From NCBI GenBank assembly GCA_030141605.1, contig JAQGDQ010002122.1:1-14192 (forward strand): 14,192 nucleotides of DNA, given 5' to 3'. This DNA comes from Tubiluchus corallicola. Lineage: Eukaryota > Animalia > Priapulida. Below the pieces are notes generated by a model that saw only the letters and a list, made by a program, of their open reading frames with translations, was not told the origin of the DNA and searched no databases. Position numbers and translations under genes: made by a program. Positions 10,463 to 14,192 of the stretch are shown piece after piece (position 1 is the first letter of the stretch; every line of letters starts with the position of its first letter).

Positions 10463-10726
10463 TTAATAAAGCGTGAGAATACTCGCGGCAAAAATTAACA
10501 ATTCACAAATCAGCTAATAACGTGCGAAAATAACGTAAAGCTAATAATAATGACGTGCTTCAATTATCACTAGCGACGCAGAATTAATAATTTATTACTA
10601 AACGCGTGCAATTCTGCGTTATTCGTTGCGGGAACTAATAACTTGGGATTAAATTTGATTTTCTGAAGAGAAGACTTAAACCATTTTTTGTAAAGCACAA
10701 AATAATGTGAGTAAGATAACTCATTA

Positions 10727-10754
10727 TTACGTTACATTACGTTACGTTACGTTA
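10727..10754. repeat. (TTACG)n pentanucleotide microsatellite, about 5.5 copies
   Basis: TTACG TTACA TTACG TTACG TTACG TTA. Confidence 0.85.
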
Positions 10755-10757
10755 TAT

Positions 10758-10781
10758 GGAGAGGCTTACGTAAGTCTCTCC
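10758..10781. repeat. 24-bp near-perfect palindrome
   Basis: GGAGAGGCTTACGTAAGTCTCTCC matches its own reverse complement except for one G/T pair. Confidence 0.9.
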
Positions 10782-10811
10782 GATTGAATTAAATTGAAAT
10801 GAATTTACATG

Positions 10812-10862
10812 TTTATTGAGCGACGATGGTTTCGGCTACTGAAGCCATTATCAAACTATAAA
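10812..10862 (-). ncRNA. Minimal type I hammerhead ribozyme-like motif (Penelope-like element / retrozyme type)
   Basis: Minus strand reads UUUAUAGU-UUGAUAA-U-GGCU-UCAGU-AGCC-GAAA-C-CAUC-GUC-GCU-CA-AUAAA. That gives a core with U3/A8 replacing C3/G8, a 4-bp stem II, GAAA, a 2-bp stem III, a GUC cleavage triplet and a bulged stem I overlapping AAUAAA. Confidence 0.7.
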
Positions 10863-11328
10863 TTAAGCCAAAAAGAAGAATAAATAACACGTTTATGATA
10901 CAAAAGCACAAAGAGAAACTACAAAACAACAGATTAGAACTTATCTTTTCAATATAAACTAGGTTGTAACGGAAGAAATTGCAGAGAAATGTATAAAATT
11001 TTTACCTAACACGTTCGTGTATTTAATGATCTTCGTGTATTGAATTGAAATTGTTGACTAACAAGGATAAAGCATATTGGTAATACATCACATACAAAGT
11101 TGTAAGGAGTTAGTCCAATTAAAAAAAACTATATAGGTAACGATGAGTCTAAATGGTCACACAGATAAAAACACTGGCTTACACTGAACAAAGTGATTAC
11201 AGCAAAATCATGTCAGATAGTTAAAAATATAAAAAGTATGACAAATATAACACTCAATTAAAATGAAGAACTGAATAAGATTTACTTGTAGACAGCTACA
11301 GGATGATAGTTGCGTTTGAATACGATGC

Positions 11329-11890
11329 TATTCACTAGAAACTAGTACTCACTAGTATTCACTAGAGACCCCGATGAAGGTCTCTGGTGAATGAATTCTG
11401 CATCCACTGACGCAACTCGGATTTTCCATCCGACATTTTTAATTCAAAATGGCGTCAAAAGCATCATTTTCGAAAAACGCCTGTTGCTACCTGGATCGCT
11501 TTCACCAGTATACACTAGAACAAGTTCTGCATCGACTAGCAGAATATTCGATCTGCCAGTATGAATTCAAGATGGTGGCTGTAAATATTTTTTGAAAAAA
11601 ACGCAAGACTCTACTATTAGCTGTGGATTGTCATCAAACTTTACTAGAATGTACTACACTGAACTCTACATGAATTGACGGAATTTAATTTTTGGTCTGC
11701 CATCTTGAATTCTAGATGACAGTAGTAACATCATTTCCGAAAAAACTTAAGGCTCCACCATGACGACCACGCAACGCATCCTTATGAAATTCTACAGAAA
11801 TATATTAGAAAGAAAGATTCATCGATTGACGATATCGAATTTTCGATTTGTCATCTCAAATGCAAGATAGGGCGTTATTTCTAAAACTTA
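11329..11890 (+). mobile_element. Decayed non-autonomous element resembling a Helentron-associated interspersed element (HINE/DINE-1-like), 3' end not found
   Basis: 5' 14-bp hairpin ATTCACTAGAGACC-(8 nt)-GGTCTCTGGTGAAT (11357-11392), followed by four degenerate units of about 123-151 bp, each containing a decayed GCCATCTTGAATTCAAGATGGC palindrome (11432, 11555, 11699, 11850). Confidence 0.6.
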
Positions 11891-13140
11891 ATTTCATCGA
11901 ATCCCTCGAATAACAGCTAATTTGTTAATCAGCTAGTTATGTCCCTGTGATTTTCCTTTAGTTTTCTTTTTCTCAGGAAAAAGAATCAGCAGTTAAACAA
12001 AAGCTGAGAATTCATTCAAGGTACAAAAGTTTCATTAATGACGAAGCCCATACAAAAGACGTTTGATGTTATAATTCTGCAGTGCGCGAGAGCAGTTTTA
12101 ATTGTACTCGTCTTCTTGCAGTAATGATGCTTTTTTGCAAAATCTTTGATGTTTTAGGTAAAAGAATATCGCGCGTGTCAACAGCAGGTAGTCTGGCGAA
12201 ACAGGAATGGGTCTAACTCAACAGAGGTAATGAGATTGCTAAGAATAGGTAACAGACATATAGGCTATAAGCTAATGAATTTCGCTTTTTCATAACCTTT
12301 TTATGGAAGTTTTTATCCGAACTCTAAATTTTATCGACGCTAACCTAGTTTTATGACTGGCATTCGACAAGGGAAATGACTTTGTTCAAAGCAACTGCTC
12401 AAGGGAAGGCAGAATTTTAGATCAGTTAGTAAGAAAATGACGTTATAGAGAGAGATAAGAAACAGAGGAGAGAGATGCGAAGAATTACTGTGTAATTTTA
12501 AACTAACGTTATACTCAGTGTAATGTCAACCCAGAGCCAAAAAAGGTCCATCGACAGTTACGCGTATTCGGCTTATTAATTTTAAAGGGCAAGAAAATGC
12601 TCTTCATAAATAAAGCTTTAAGAATGCGTCTTGAAATTCGGTATCTTTAACCTGCTGCTTTATCACGTGTCGAGGTTGCGTCGGCAGTAACGCTGTTTAC
12701 AACTTGTAAATTTAAATTCCCACGATGGTCGTTAAACGTAGACATTTTAACGGTAAGTCATTTGAAACAAGTTTAGATAACATTGGGTAAAGTTTAAAAA
12801 ATAATCAGAGTATTCGTAGCACGCTTTTGCTAACGAATCAAAAGTTTAAATTATCTTATCTAAAGGTAAGAGATCAATAATGTGTTTTAGGTGAGCCAGT
12901 GGTGCACACTGGGAAAATGATATTGTGACGTTTTATGACGTAGCGCGAACGTTTTAAATTGCTAAGAATTTTTGCAGTTACGCAAATCTTTGAAACAGGT
13001 AAATAATGTAAATTTGTATGGAAAGTTTTTTTAGCATGTACTTTAAAAATCGCTTTTCTTTCTATTTAAGTTGTTTGTTTCACATGTTAATAGAACTTGT
13101 TTTTCTAATGAGAGAGTAAAGTTTTGATGTTTTAATTATT

Positions 13141-13670
13141 ATTTTTTGTCTAAGCTGCAATTATGGAATCAATGTGCTGATGTCGGCAAGAATATATCTT
13201 CAAGGATGTCCATTTGAAGACGACCACCATTATTTATTAAATTATTATAAGTATGACTATATAAGGCATTCGATGCTAAATTCTATACCCACTGATAATC
13301 AGCCTACTTTATCACTTACTTTTAAATTGTTGTAACGATTTGTCCGAGGATTTTAATTTCAATTTATTCCTATCTGTAATAGATTTCATTTATAATAGCA
13401 AACGATTTAAATCCAATTAAAATTATTTCGTCTATAAATGTACTTGTATAATATAATTTAGAATGTTGGTTTATATTGGTGTAAGATAGTAATTTTACAA
13501 TATTGTTTATTTATTATTATTGTGTTTGTTTATAGCTTTTGTTTATTATTAGTATAATATTGTAACTGCTTGCAATTTATTCTTTGCATGTATTTGTAAT
13601 TTACTGAGTCATATATTTATATAATAGGACATTCTAAAGGTCTATTATAACTCCAACAGACAATGAAGTT
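13141..13670 (+). mobile_element. 5'-truncated non-LTR retrotransposon (CR1/L2-group-like) fragment: ORF2 C-terminus plus AT-rich 3'UTR; boundaries approximate
   Basis: 13201-13317 translates QGCPFEDDHHYLLNYYKYDYIRHSMLNSIPTDNQPTLSL. After a +1 frameshift, 13319-13420 gives LLNCCNDLSEDFNFNLFLSVIDFIYNSKRFKSN*. This matches the recalled ORF2 tail pattern C..E.xxH(Y/F)xxxCxxYxxxR...LLxG..xLS..xN..xF..V.xFI..(S/T)KRF*. Confidence 0.72.
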
Positions 13671-14147
13671 TTTAACGCGTTATTATGATTACACAAAGAA
13701 TTCATAGTTATTATTAAACAAAAGGGACTTACAAATTAAATGACTTGCCCATGAAATAGCAATTAATAAATCCTTGATTGGGTTGAAAACAGAAAACACT
13801 GAACATGTCTAAACAAGAAAGGATTTCAAAGTGACTGAAAATAAACTTGATCTTGGGTTCGAGTTTTGACTGATCCACAAATATATGATGAAGTGTTACT
13901 ATATGATGACGTAGGTCTATTTTTTCTACCGTAATATTTAATTGGCGTTATTTTGTACAAAATACATTTTGAAAAACTAATACGGTACTTAATTGAAAAA
14001 TGGCCGATTTCTTTATTACCACTTTACAAATACATTTCATATCAAATGCAATTCACCAATAGACAATAGTAGGAAAAAATCTAAGTTGAACAAGCAACAA
14101 ATTTGTCATATATTGGTAAATATTGACACCAAAATTTGTTTGATTCA

Positions 14148-14182
14148 TTTCTGTCACTTCTTTCATTTTTTCTTTGTTTCAG
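14148..14182 (+). other. Strong 3' splice acceptor; an exon of a plus-strand gene would begin at 14183 and run off the window
   Basis: A pyrimidine tract of about 30 nt, TTTCTGTCACTTCTTTCATTTTTTCTTTGTTTCAG, ends in CAG at 14180-14182. Confidence 0.55.
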
Positions 14183-14192
14183 CTAAACTGCT

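Noticed and set aside
10758-10800. Canonical Helitron 3' end at the 24-bp palindrome
   Set aside because: There is no CTRR terminus at the expected short distance on either strand.
11895-11960. Pogo/Tigger-like MITE terminus
   Set aside because: The resemblance is vague and I could not find a matching inverted end or TA duplication.

Overview
AT-rich (roughly one-third GC by eye) eukaryotic, most likely invertebrate-animal, genomic DNA that is mostly intronic or intergenic. I recognise no intact protein-coding gene, and the listed ORFs look spurious. The window is a patchwork of repeats and decayed mobile elements. Repeats: (TA)35, a 123-bp dispersed duplication, a 14-15-bp array, an 18-copy 43-bp minisatellite (not CRISPR), an exact 29-bp direct repeat and a compound (CTG/TTG)n microsatellite. 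Mobile elements: a tRNA-derived SINE with a CpG-decayed target-site duplication, a 5'-truncated LINE ORF2 C-terminus, a Helentron/HINE-like relic built on 22-bp palindromes, and weaker Kolobok-like and Tc1-like relics. The most interesting signal is a minimal type I hammerhead ribozyme fold on the minus strand (10812-10862) with a compensatory U3-A8 core pair, of the kind associated with Penelope-like elements and retrozymes. Splice signals and a CpG-rich patch near 8.65-8.9 kb hint at divergent host transcripts. I cannot support a wholly new biological system from the sequence alone. Family assignments rest on recalled motifs and need database checks.
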